From: the human T2T-CHM13v2.0 reference genome, Homo sapiens
DNA length: 64,000 bases
Strand: one strand, 5' to 3'
Assembly: GCF_009914755.1 (NCBI RefSeq)
Contig: NC_060947.1
In this document: piece after piece, positions 1-26,534 of the stretch
How positions within the stretch are numbered: the first letter of the stretch is position 1
Layout of the letters: each line of letters starts with the position of its first letter
Program-made: the position numbers and the translations under genes
The notes under the pieces: model-generated
Told to the model about the DNA's origin: nothing
Database searches by the model: none
The model's input: only the letters and a program-made list of their open reading frames with translations

Positions 1-5594
<5,594 letters not shown>

Positions 5595-6229
5595 TGAAGC
5601 TTTTTAAAGCCTTATGAACATCCTTTTTCTTAGCTTCTCCTTTTAATATCCTTTACTAGTCCATTTTTTTTTTGCCTCAACAGCTAACCATTGTCTAAAG
5701 AAGTAGTGAAGTTGAAATATTTGCTCATAATTGTTTTAAACACTTCTCCATGGAAAGGCTTTTTGCACTGGCTGAATCTAAGTCAGGTGAAATAATACAA
5801 ACTTTTCAAGTGTAGTCTTCCTGGGGAACACCAGATAGGCCAAAAAAATAATAATTATCTATAAATGAGGCGTTGAAAGACCTCCAACCCTGTTTTGATC
5901 CCTCACATTGCTGTCAGGATGGTCATTTTTACCCTGAGCTTTTGATTTTCAAGGCTATTGCAGACTTGAGAATGAGAGTAAACATTTAAAAAATAATAAA
6001 ATTCAAAGTTTACTGTTATCAGTGATATTCAGCCATTTATTTTTTAAAAAAATGAATGCACAAAAAATGCAAAACCTGTCCTTTATTTAGAGAGTTCTGA
6101 AAAAAGTTGTTTTACCAGTTTTTCTTTTTCCTTTTTTTTTGCTTTTGTAGATGAAAGAATTTCTAAGACCTCTTCTCTCACATTTACAGGGATGTCCTAC
6201 CCAATATCTCATATTTCCATGCTCTTCTC

Positions 6230-6442
6230 CTATTTGGAATTTTCTTTATTTCTTCCCCACATAGCTAATTTATGTTATTTCCTTCAATATGATTCAACTC
6301 AAGAAAGTCTTTCTATGTCCTTAAAAAAGGGTACATAACTTAGCTGGGTTATGTGCCCAGTTTTATTATACCATATCACCTAAAATACTAACATTTCAAC
6401 ATGACTTATATGTTTGTCTCCCACTAGGCTGCAAGCTACTAC
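6230..6442 (+). mobile_element. L2 3' fragment
   Basis: tgtttgtctcccactaggctgcaagct resembles the L2 3'-end motif; boundaries approximate. Confidence 0.45.
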
Positions 6443-6536
6443 AAACTTCATATATATTTTTTAATTCTCATTTTTTAAAATAACAGAAACAATTAATGTA
6501 TCATATATATTGTGTGTGTATATATATATATGTAAC

Positions 6537-6624
6537 ATTTTCACCCTTTTAATGATTATGTTGTGGTTTGAAACTCCTCACAGTAGATAACAGACACTCA
6601 AAACAATTAAAAAAGTATATAAAT
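6537..6624. repeat. Copy 1 of an ~88-bp dispersed direct repeat (copy 2 at 8185-8274)
   Basis: Shared exact core ttgaaactcctcacagtagataa; about 10 substitutions plus a 2-nt indel overall. Confidence 0.9.
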
Positions 6625-6659
6625 AAATTTATATGTATAACATATGTATGATGAGAGAG

Positions 6660-6858
6660 CTCTTTAAGTAGACTATATATGTATTGCTTTTGAATGTTTC
6701 AAACAAAAAGAAATGATAAATATTTGAGATGATGGATATGCTAATTACTCTAATCTAATTATATATTACACGTGTCATGACATCATTATGTACCCCATGA
6801 ATATGTACAATTATTATGTCAATTCTAAAAAAATTAAAAAATAATGAAAATAAATAAG
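6660..6858 (+). mobile_element. L1MA-type 3' end fragment
   Basis: gaaatgataaatatttgagatgatggatatgctaattac...tgtaccccatgaatatgtacaattattatgtcaat followed by an A-rich tail. Confidence 0.8.
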
Positions 6859-6861
6859 TTA

Positions 6862-7985
6862 TGCTTTAGAAGAGTTTTATACTCACAGAAAAATTTATCA
6901 GAAAGTAAAAAGAGTTCCTATGTATAACCTCAACCCATACATTCACAGCTTCCCCTACTATCAAAATCCCCCGCCAGAGTAGTACATTATGGTTGATGAA
7001 CCTACATTGGCACATGATAATCACCCAAAGTCCATCATTATCACCCAAAGCCTATAGTTTACATTAGGGTTGTCTTGGTGTCATATATTATATAGAATAG
7101 ACACATTGTATAATGGCACACATCCACCATTAAAGTATCATGCAGAGTATTGTCACTGCTTAAAAAATCCTCTGTTCTCTGCCTATTCATCCATCTATGC
7201 CCCAAAAATAGGATATCTATGGATTCTCTTTTTTACTATTTCCATAGTTTTGCATTTTCCAGAATGCTATACAGTTGATATCATGCAGTATGTGTTCTTT
7301 TCAGATTGCCTCTTTCACCTAGTAATATGCATTTAAGTTTCCTCTAAGTCTTTTCATGGTGTGATAGCTTATTATTTAGTGATGAATAATATTTCATTGT
7401 CTGAATTTGCCACTGTTTATTTAGCTATTCATGTACTGAAGGGCGTCTTGATTGTTCTCAAGTTTTGTTTATTACGAGTGATTCTGCTAGAAACATTTGT
7501 GTGCAGCTTTTTGTATATGCATGAGTTTTCAACTTATGTGGGTAAATACCAAGGAGCGTGATTGCTGGATTGTATAGTAAGAATATGGTTAATTTTGTAA
7601 GAAACTGATAAACCGCCCAAGTGGCTGAAGTGGCTGTACCATCTTGCACTGCCATCAGCCATGAGAAAGAGTTGCTGTTGCTCCACACCCCCACCAGCAT
7701 TTGGTTTGTCAGTGATTTTGATTTCTGCCATTCTAATATGACTGTAGTGGAATCTCATTATTTTAGTTTGCAATTTTTTAAGGACATATGATGTCGAGCA
7801 GCATTTTATATAGTTATTTGCAATTTACATATCTTCTTTGGTGAAATTGCCTACTTTTTAATCAGGTCATTTATTTTCTTATTATATTTTCTTTGTAAAT
7901 TTTGGAAAACAGTTCCTTATCAGATATGCCTTTTGCATATATGGTCTTCATATCTGTTTCTTTTATTATCATTTTCCTGAGATCC
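6862..7985 (-). mobile_element. L1MC/L1MD-type 3' end and ORF2 C-terminus
   Basis: Minus ORFs give YNPAITLLGIYP and MQTKIMRFHYSHIRMA (ORF2 C-terminal); 3'UTR motif taatcacccaaagtccat. Confidence 0.85.
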
Positions 7986-8184
7986 ATGTTTTTTTAATTT
8001 GATAATGCAGAATTATATATGGTTTGAGATGGAAAGAATAGTAAGATACATAAAATATTATAGGTGGTTTGCTAGTAAATCTTTATTCCATTGACACTTG
8101 AGCATAATCATCATTTCGCCTTATCTATTCATTTTTGTTAAATATACTCAATTATTTTATTTTATTGTTACCTTATAAGGCCCA

Positions 8185-8274
8185 ATTTTCATCCCTTTAA
8201 TGATTATGTTGCTGCTTGAAACTCCTCACAGTAGATAATAGAGACATTCAAAACAATTGAAAAGTTATATAAAT
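8185..8274. repeat. Copy 2 of the ~88-bp dispersed direct repeat
   Basis: Aligns to 6537-6624. Confidence 0.9.
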
Positions 8275-8289
8275 CAGAGAGTAATGCTT

Positions 8290-8510
8290 AATTATTTTTG
8301 AACACTTACTATGTGATAGCATTGTTGTAAGAACTTCATAGGTATTAACTCATTTAATTATCACAATTATTATGTGGATATTATTATTATGTCCCTTACA
8401 AGTGAGGAAACTGAATACAGAGAGATTAAATAACTAACTCATAATTATGCAGCTATTTAATGCTAGATGTCTGATCTGAAGAAAGGTCACATGATTCTAG
8501 GACCTATGTT
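8290..8510 (-). mobile_element. MIR SINE
   Basis: cacttactatgtg...ttaactcatttaat...gaggaaactga (reverse MIR core). Confidence 0.8.
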
Positions 8511-8559
8511 TTTTAAGGCAAAATAAAATCTTTTACTTATTGCTTAACTGAATTAAAAT

Positions 8560-8772
8560 ATCACTGTTTGCTTGAAGTAATTATAATAACGTGTAAGGTG
8601 ATTATAATATACAGATATATAAAATGAAAGACAGCATGTCATAAGGGATAGGAGAGAGGAATTGGGAATACTGTTATAAGGTAGCCACACTATATGTGAG
8701 GCAGTACAGTGTTATATGAAGGTGAACTTGAATTAGTTAAAAATATACATTGCAACTATAGGGTATCCACTA
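8560..8772 (+). mobile_element. Old L1M fragment
   Basis: Resembles L1MC/MD inter-ORF sequence (tatacattgcaactatagggtatccactaa). Confidence 0.5.
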
Positions 8773-8774
8773 AT

Positions 8775-8835
8775 TATTTTTAAATTTTTTTATTATACTT
8801 TAGGTTCTGGGATACATGTGCAGAACACGCAGATT
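8775..8835 (-). mobile_element. Very short L1PA 3' end
   Basis: tattatactttaggttctgggatacatgtgcagaac. Confidence 0.75.
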
Positions 8836-8904
8836 CTTAATACATATTCCTAAACCACTTTTTTTTTAAATAATGATACAATTAAGTATGGATTCTGTGA
8901 AAAA

Positions 8905-9015
8905 ATGGAAGTGTGTTCTGCTCTGATTCTGATTCTATACCTTGAGCAAATTACTTAACTTTGCTGAACTTCAGTTTCCTCATGTGTAAAATGGAAATCA
9001 TAACACTAAGGAAAT
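8905..9015 (+). mobile_element. MIR fragment
   Basis: ccttgagcaaattacttaac...cagtttcctcatgtgtaaaatgg. Confidence 0.8.
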
Positions 9016-9024
9016 AGATTTTAT

Positions 9025-11518
<2,494 letters not shown>

Positions 11519-11524
11519 ATCATC

Positions 11525-11960
11525 TGAGAAAGAGTGTTCAGATAGAAGAGCAGAATGCTGCGGACTTAGCTCTTGTGTATTCTTACATTTAGTATAGGGG
11601 GAAGAGCCATAAAATAAGCAGTGGGGGGTAAAATGACAGAGGAACAAAAAGTATCCATTGGGTTTGGGAAGATGTAAATGGTTGGCAACTTTAATAGAAA
11701 CATCTCAGTAGAAAGATGAGACAAAACCAGATAGTAGCACATAGAAAAGTACATGGAAAGTGAGTGTAGTATAATATGTTTTTTGAGAAATCTTGTTGTG
11801 AAGCAGAGCAGAGAGAAGAGGAATTGGCTAGATGCGTGGTCAAAGGAAAGCTCATTTTGGGATGTGAGATTCCAGGACATGCAGACATGAAGAGATTAGT
11901 GATGCATGACAGAAATGATAACTAAAGTAGCAAACTCCTTGAGAAGGTAAGAGGAGATAG
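11525..11960 (-). mobile_element. L2 fragment
   Basis: Purine-rich ccattgggtttggg...gagaaatcttgttgtgaagcagagc resembles antisense L2 ORF2. Confidence 0.6.
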
Positions 11961-12764
11961 TGAAACTTTCAAGCTACTTCAGCTGTTCTTAAAAGGGTCT
12001 CAGAGACTTTGTCTTTATTAATGCAAATAAGGTTGACTAGTTTACAAAGAGGCATAAATGAATTCTGAATATCAGTTTTTGCTTGTAGGCTATATATAAT
12101 TCATATTTTTTTCTTATCTTCTAAAAACTGCCTACTGAAGCCATATTGAATGTTAGACCACAAAAGACATTAAATATTATCCATGTAGATGTAGATTACT
12201 CTCAGTTTGTAGTATTCTAAAGCTCAGAGAGGTGGAAGGAGTTACCTGCAGAATATTAGTACCTTTTTAAATCCTAGGACATTTCCAGATTTCTACCCAA
12301 GTTTAAATAGAATTTAGCAAATTAAATGATTGATTTTGAACAATAACCTCTATGTGTTATTTAAGTAATTCTCCATAATGAAAAGGCAGATGATCTTTAA
12401 GCTTATAGAATGTATTGTTGTAATACTGTGAACTCTCAGCTTTCTTAATTATTAACCGTATGCTGAATTAAGATTTAAAGCTGTAGGGACATCTAGATCC
12501 ATTTTCCTACTATACTAACTAATTCACAGATAATGAAAGCTTAGCTTCAGGGTTAGTGCTTCCCAAGAGACATTTTATTTTAGAGAAAAAAGTTTTATAT
12601 TCTAATAGAAGCCTGCATGTCTTTTCAGCCCATGATATTCTATAAAATTACTAGCTACATAGCCAATATTTATGCCATTTAACACTTTAATATAATATTT
12701 ATCTTACATGAGTAATTTAAGATTCTGTGACGAGTAAAAGCAACCCAAAGATTTCTTGCTTACT

Positions 12765-12898
12765 TTTTCTTTGTAACTTTTATTTTAGGTGTGAGGAATA
12801 CATATGCAGGTTTGTCACATGAGTAAATTGCATCTCATGGGAATTTTGTATACAGACAATTTTGTCACCCACATTATCAGCATAATACCAAATGGGTT
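12765..12898 (-). mobile_element. Short L1PA15/16-type 3' end
   Basis: tttattttagg...catatgcaggtttgtcacatgagtaaattgc...tttgtcaccca. Confidence 0.8.
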
Positions 12899-13029
12899 TT
12901 AAACACTGAAATATTTTAAGTTAATTCAGAGTATAGATTTCTCTGGTCCTTTCTCAAACAGTATCATTGAAGTAGATTTTACTATAAATGTTATTAAGCC
13001 CATGCCAGAATATATTCTTTAAAAACATT

Positions 13030-16000
13030 CTACTTTTATTTTAGATAAAGGAGATATGTGCAGGTTTGTTACATGGGAATATTGTGTGATGCTGAAGTTT
13101 GAGTTATGGATCCCATCACCCAGGTAGAAAGCATAGTACCCAACAGGTAGTTTTTCAACCCACAGCTTTCTTCCTTCCTCCCTGGTCTAGTAGTCTTCAG
13201 TGTCTGTTTTTCCCATATTTATGTCTACGTGTGGTCAATATTAACCTCCCACCTATAAAAGATAATATGTGGTATTTGGTTTTCAGTTCCTGAGTTAATT
13301 TGTTCAGGGTTATGGCCTCCAACTGCATCTATTTTGCAGCAAAGAACATGATTTCATTATTTTTATGACTATATAGTATTCTGTGGTATATATATATGCC
13401 ACATTTTCTTTACCAATCTACTATTGATGGGCACCTGGGTGAGTTCCATATCTTTTATATTGTGAATAGTGCAGAGATGAACTTGTAAGTCTATTTTTTT
13501 AAGAATGATTTATTTTCCTTTGGATATAAACCCAATAATGGGATTGCTAGACCTAATGGTCACTCTAAGTTCTTTGATAAGTACCCAGACTGCTTTCCAC
13601 AGTGGCTGGACTAATTTACATTCATATGAATAACATATAAACATTCCCTTTTCTCAACAGCCTTGGAAGCATCTGTTTTTGTTTGTTTGTTTTTTGCTTT
13701 TTATCAACACCTATTCTGACTGATGTGAGATGGTATCTCATTATGATTTTGATTTGTAATTCTCTGATGATTAATGATGTTCAGAATTTTTTTATATGTT
13801 TGTTGGTCACTTACATTTCTTCTCTTCAGAAGGATTCATTCATGTACTTTTGTCACTTTTTAATGAGGTTGTTTATTTTAGTTCTAGTTGATTTGTTTCC
13901 TATATATTCTTCAATATCAGACTTTTATTGGATCCACAGTTTGTGAATGAATATCTTCTCCAGTTCTGTAGATTGTCTGTTTTTCTGTAAATATCTTTTG
14001 CTGTGATGAAGCTCTTTAGTGTAACTAGTTCACACTTGCCTATTTTTTTCCTTCAAATTTCTGTTGGTGACTAAGCCAAAAACTTTTTATCCAAGGCTGA
14101 TGTCAAGAAAAGTATTTCCTAGGTTGTCATCTATGATTTTAATAGTTTGAGGTATTACGCTTAAATCTTTAATTCATTTTGAGTTAATTTTTGTATATGG
14201 TGAAAGGTAAGGGTCCACCTCCAATCTTCTATGCCTGGTCAGTAAGTTATTCGAACATCATTTATTGAGTAGAGAATCCTTTGTCTAATGCTTGTTTTTG
14301 TTGGCCTTGTCAAAAATCAAATAGTTGTAGGCATGTAGATTTATATCTGAGTTTTTTATTATATTCCATTGGTTTATGTGTCTGTTTTTGTACTAGTACC
14401 ATGCTATTTTGGTTACTGTAGCTTTACATTATAGTTTGAAGTCCAACAGTGTGATAATTTTGGCTTTATTCTCTTTTCTTAGGATATCTCTGGCTATTCA
14501 GGCTTCTTTTTGGTTCTACATGAATTTTAGAATACGTTTTTCTAATTCTGTGAAAAATGATGTTTGTAGTTTGATATAAATAGCATTGAATCTGTAAATA
14601 GATTTGTGCAGTACAGCCATTTTTATGATATTGATTCTTTCATTCCATAAGCATGGATTTTTTTTGTATTTGGGTAATCTCTGATTTACTTAAGCAGTGT
14701 TTTGTAGTTCTCCTTGTGGATATGTTTCACCTCTTTGGTTAGGTGTATTCCTAGTTATTTTATTTTCTTCATGGCTATTGTAAGTGGGATTACGTTCTTA
14801 ATTTCAATTTCAGCCTAAACATTGTTGCTTATTAGAAATGCTACTGATTTTTATGCACTAATTTTGTATCTGAAAACTTTTTTAAATTAAAGTCATTTAT
14901 CAATTCTAGAAGTCTTCACGTAGTCTTTAGGATTTTCTAGCTATAACATCATATTTTGAGTGAAGAGAGATAGTTTGACTTCTTTTTATTCTACATGGAT
15001 GTGATTTTTTACTTTATCTTGCCTGATTTCTCTGGCTAGGACTTCCAGTACTATATTGAAAAGGAGATTGAAGAACGGACATCATTGTCTTTTTTTCATT
15101 CTCAAGGGGAATGATTTGAACTTTTTCCCATATGATATGATCTTGGCTGTGGATTTGTCATAGATGGTGTTTACTATGCCTAGTCTGTTAAGTATTCTTA
15201 TTAAGAAGGTATTTTGAATTTTAATGAAATATTTTTCTACATCTATTAAGATGAACATATGGTTATTCTTTTAATTCTGTTTATATAGTGAATGATATTT
15301 ATTGATTTAAATATGTTCAACCATCCTTCCATCCCAGGAATAAAGCCTACTTGCTCTTGGTATATTAAATTTTTGATGTGCTGCTGGATTTTATTTGCTA
15401 ATATTTTGTTGAGGATTTTTTCATCTATGTTTATGAGTGACATTGGTCTGAAGTTTTTATTTTTCCTTGTGTCTCTGCCAGATTTTAGTATCAGGTTGAT
15501 GCTGGATTCATTGAATAAGTTAGGGAGGAGTTCCTTCACTTTGATTTTTAAAAATAGTTGCAGTACTATTGGTATCTGCTTTTCTTTGTATGTATGGTAG
15601 AATTTAGCTGTGAATCCAACTGGTCCAAGGCTGTTTATGGCTAGTAGGTTCTTTATTACTGATTCAATTTCAAAAGTTGATATTGGTTTATTCAGATTTT
15701 TAATTTCTGCCAAATTCAATCTTGTGAGATTGTATGCCTCCAGGAATTTCTCCATTTTCTTTAGCTTTTCTAATTTGTGTGCATAGATTTGTTCAATGTA
15801 GTCTCTGAGAATCTTTTGTATTTCTGTGGGATCAGTTATAATATAGCATTTGTTGTTTCTGATTGTAATTATTTGGATCTTATTTTTCTTCATTAATCTA
15901 GCTAGGGAATCTATCAATCTTACTTATTTTTTTTGACGAACAAATTCTGATTGTACTTATATGAATCTTGACTTTTTTTTTTCTTTGTTAATCTAGCTAG

Positions 16001-16208
16001 TGGTCAATCTTATTTGATTTTTAGAACTACCAACATGCAATTCATCACACAATTTGTTTTTCATATGAATTTTAACATCACAAATTCATTACATTCTTCT
16101 GTAATTTTAGTTATTTCTTTTCTTCTGCCAAATTTGAGGTTGGTATATTCTTTTCTCTAGTTGCTTTATGTGCAAAGTTAGATTGCTAATTTGAGACCTT
16201 TCTAACTT
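13030..16208 (-). mobile_element. L1PA16-like host element, 3' half (continues at 22721-25620)
   Basis: 3'UTR gtgcaggtttgttacatgggaatattgtgtgatgctga; ORF 15246-15917 is L1 ORF2 ([21 protein letters not shown]...QVGFIPGMEGW). Confidence 0.9.
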
Positions 16209-22705
<6,497 letters not shown>

Positions 22706-22720
22706 AGACCTTTCTACCTT

Positions 22721-25620
22721 GATGATGAAAGTTATTTTAACACTGCTTTTGCTGCATCCTAGAAATTTTGGTACGTTGTGTTTCTATTTTCATAAATTTC
22801 AAAGAATTGTTTTGTTTCTGCCTTAATTTTAAGGCTCACCCAGGAGTCACTTAGGAAGTGGTTTAATTTCCATGTATTTGTGTAGTTTTGAGATATCTTT
22901 TTTTGTATTTATTTTTATTGCAATGTGGTCCAAGAGTATACTTTGTATAATTACAATTTTTTAAAATTTATTCAAGCTTTCTTGCTTTATGACCAAGCGT
23001 GTGTTCAATCTTAGAATATGTTCCATGTGCCAATGAGAAGAATGTATATTCTGCTGTATTTGAGTGGAGTGTTCTGTAGAGTTCCAATTGGTAATGTGTT
23101 GAGTTTAAGTCCGGAGGATTTTTTTTTTGGTATGTTTTTTGTTTGTTTGTTTAACTTTTTGCCCTGATGGTCTGTCTAACGCTGTCAGTGTGGTACTGAA
23201 GTCTGCCACTCCTGTTACATGGTTCTCTAAGTCATTTCATAAGCCAAGAACTTTTTATGAATCTGGGTTCTCTAATCTTTGATACATATATATTTAGGAT
23301 AGTTAAGGCTTTCTTGTTGAATTGTACCCTTTATTATTATGTAATCCCCTTTTTTGTTGTTCTTAATTTTTATTGGTTTACAGGCTGTTTTATCAATATC
23401 AGAATAGTGACTACTGTTCTTTTTAGCTTTCCTTTGTATGGTAGATTTTACTCAACTCTTTTACTTGAGCCTGTGGGTTTTGTTACATGGGATATGGGTC
23501 TCTTGAGGACCAAATATGGCTGAATCATGCTTTTTTATCCAACTTGCTACTTTGTGTCTTAAGTGGGGGTGTTTATAGAGTTCATTACATAGTTGCTTTA
23601 TAGTGCCTATGGGCTATGTCCTTAAGTGTGCTTTTCTGGTATCAGGTGTCATCCTTTTGTGTCTATGTTTAGCAGTCCCTTAAGGACTTCTTGCAAGATT
23701 TGTCTTGTTAAAACATATTCCCTCAGTATATTGCTTGTCAGAGAAGGATTTTATTTCTCCTTCACTCTTGAAACTTAGTTTGGCAGAATATAAAATTCTT
23801 GGTTGGAATTTGTTTTCTTTAAAGACACTGACTATAGGCATCCAATCTTTTTGGGCTTGTAAGGTTTCTGCTGAGATGTCTGCTACTAGCCTGATGGGGT
23901 TCCCTCTGTAGGTGACCTGCCCCTTCTCTCTAGCTGCCTTTAAGATTTTTTCTTTTGCATTTTTCTTGGGGAATTGATGACTATGTTCCTTGTGGATGGT
24001 CATCTTGCATAGTATCTGTCTGGGGTTTTCTGTAATTTTCCAATTTGCATGTAAGCCTCTGGAGAGATTAGAAAACTTTGGGGGGACTATATCATCAAAT
24101 ATGTTTTCCAAGTTGCTATCATCTCTTTTCTCTTAGGACTGTCAATGAGTTGTAAATTTGGTCTCTTCACATAATCCCATATTTCTCAAAGATTTTGCTC
24201 ACTTTTCATATTCTTAATTTTTTTGGTTATTTTTGTGTGACTGACTTAATTTGCAGAACCAGTTTTGAGCTCTGAGATTCTTTCCTGAGCTTTGTCTATT
24301 TTGCTATTAATACTTTTGATTGTATTATGAAATTCTTGTAATGAATTTTTCAGCTCAAGAAGTTCAGTTTCAGTCTTTCTTAACATGACTATTTTGTCTT
24401 TAAGATCTTGAATTTTTTTACTGGGTTGCTTGGCTTTTTTGAATTGCGTAGTTGCTTTATAGAGAATTTAGGTTATGTTCTTAAATGTGCTTTTGTGGTA
24501 ACAGGTGTTGTTCTTTCCAGTAAATTTTTAACACTCTTATAAGCACCTCTTGTAAGGCTTGTCTAATTTAAACATATTCCCTCAGCAGTTGCTTTTCAGA
24601 GAAAGATTCTATTTCTTCTTTTCTGTGTTTTATAGTGTGAGGCGGAGAGAGATGACCCCCTCAAAAGGTCCATTCCTGGGCCTTAGAAAAGCTACCTCCA
24701 ATCACTTGCACTGTACTCACAAATTTTTTGCCAGATGACCACTGTGAAAGAAGGCACACCTACATGCAACACCAACCCACAAACCTGTGTGATTCACCCC
24801 TCTCATTTTGCTGAAAGTGTGGGCTCCTACCCTACTCAAGTGCCAAGCACAGATTTTGGCTCAGCACTCACAGTCTTTGGGCAACAGCCCATCAGGATTT
24901 GATCACACAGCTACTTCCTCCAGACCCTTGGGATTGGGTTCCAAGTGTGGTGGGGGATCTGAAGGGCTCCCAGGCTGCCAGACTGCACTCAGGTATACCA
25001 AAGAACACAGACAGTGAAGCACATGCTTCACTTTGCACACACTCCTATGAGGCAGCCAGGCAGGGGCCCTGGAAGGGACAGATGTGCAGGGGGGCATGCA
25101 AGTCAGATGTGCCCCAGTTCTGTGGGGCAGCTAACTCTGCTTTCTCCCCAGTGGTTACCTAAGTCCCCTCAAAGGGAGATGGAGAGCCCTGGGAGATGGG
25201 GGCTTATGGCTGGGATCTGACAGAGCTGTCTCAAGCACAATGGTCCCTGGCTCTGTGCCGGCCACAACTCCATCTTTGTTTAATTTCCAAGGAAATCCAC
25301 CCATCAGCTCAAACATTTGTGAGGGATGTGGGTTCCCCTGCAGCTGGGATTCCAGAGGTCCAAAGTGAGAAGGGGCAGTTCCCCAGTCCTTTCTCTTTTC
25401 CTTTCCCCAGGAGCCATTTGGGGCCAAGAACCAATTGAAGCATTCAGTCATCCCAGGCAGAGTTCCCAGCTTCCTCGCTTTTCAGTCTCTGTGTCTGCAT
25501 TTTTTCTTCATCTGTATTTAATGTTTCCTCTCCAAAGATCTGTTCAAATTTAGTTGATTTTTAAATTCCAGCTCTGTCCATGGTAGCAGCATTTTCACTG
25601 CATCTTGGCAGCCATTCTGA
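22721..25620 (-). mobile_element. L1PA16-like host element, 5' half (EN, ORF1, 5'UTR)
   Basis: ORF 23680-24111 is ORF1 C-terminal (KILKAAREKGQVTYRGNPIRL...FQPRILYSAKLSF); GC-richer UTR at 24650-25620. Confidence 0.88.
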
Positions 25621-25829
25621 GACCTGTCTCCAGAGTATTTTCTGGGTGATATGAGCCCCATGAGATATTTTTAAAAGGCAAAATAATGTAGTCTATAGTA
25701 AGAAAGGGTAAAAGTAGAGACATTTTACATTTAACTGTACATCACAATTAAAGTTGACTATACCTATAATTTTTATATAATATATACTGAAATTTATATA
25801 ATACATTATTTGAACAGTTTACTATGAAT

Positions 25830-26520
25830 GTCCATCATATTTCCAAAAAGTGGTTTAAAGAGGCACACAAACATTACATATGCTATTGAATAAAACCAGA
25901 AACTTGTGGATGTCAGAGTTAAGAAAAACTAATAGGAGAGAAATATAAACCAGACAAAGTAAATAAAAGAAAAGAAGGAATAGCTGTATTAATATAGGTA
26001 AGTACATTTCAACTGTGAATGCTTTAAGCAGGACAAAAGGATTTTAGGTAATATTAAAACATACAACCTACAAAGTAAATATGTACCAGACTTTCATGCA
26101 ATAAATAATGTAGCAGTGAAGATTATAAAGCAAATGTCTTAGCAATCTAGGGAGAAATATTTTTTTAAATATGCTATGTTGTGAAATACATCACTCTATC
26201 ATTTTCAGAATTTGACAAGAGAAAACCAATGAGAAATAAGAAATAGTATAGAGGATTAATATTCCAATGAATAAGTAGAAATTAACTGATACATATTTAT
26301 AATTATAAATCCTATGAACAGATAACATATTCTTTTTTTAGATGCATGAAGACTTTACAAACAAAAAAATCAGTTGTACATATAACAAAGAAAATCTTAA
26401 TAAACCAAAAAGTAGAGGTATGTAGAAATTATATTATCTGATTTTTGTCTTAAAAACAGAAAACCAGAAATTAGCAATAAAAATGTACAAAATTAAGAAA
26501 CAGTAGGAGGAATACAAAGG
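25830..26520 (+). mobile_element. Ancient L1ME-type ORF2 endonuclease fragment
   Basis: A-rich; gaaggaatagctgtattaatat resembles the EN (KKAGVAILI) coding region. Confidence 0.6.
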
Positions 26521-26534
26521 GAAATTTTTAAAAT

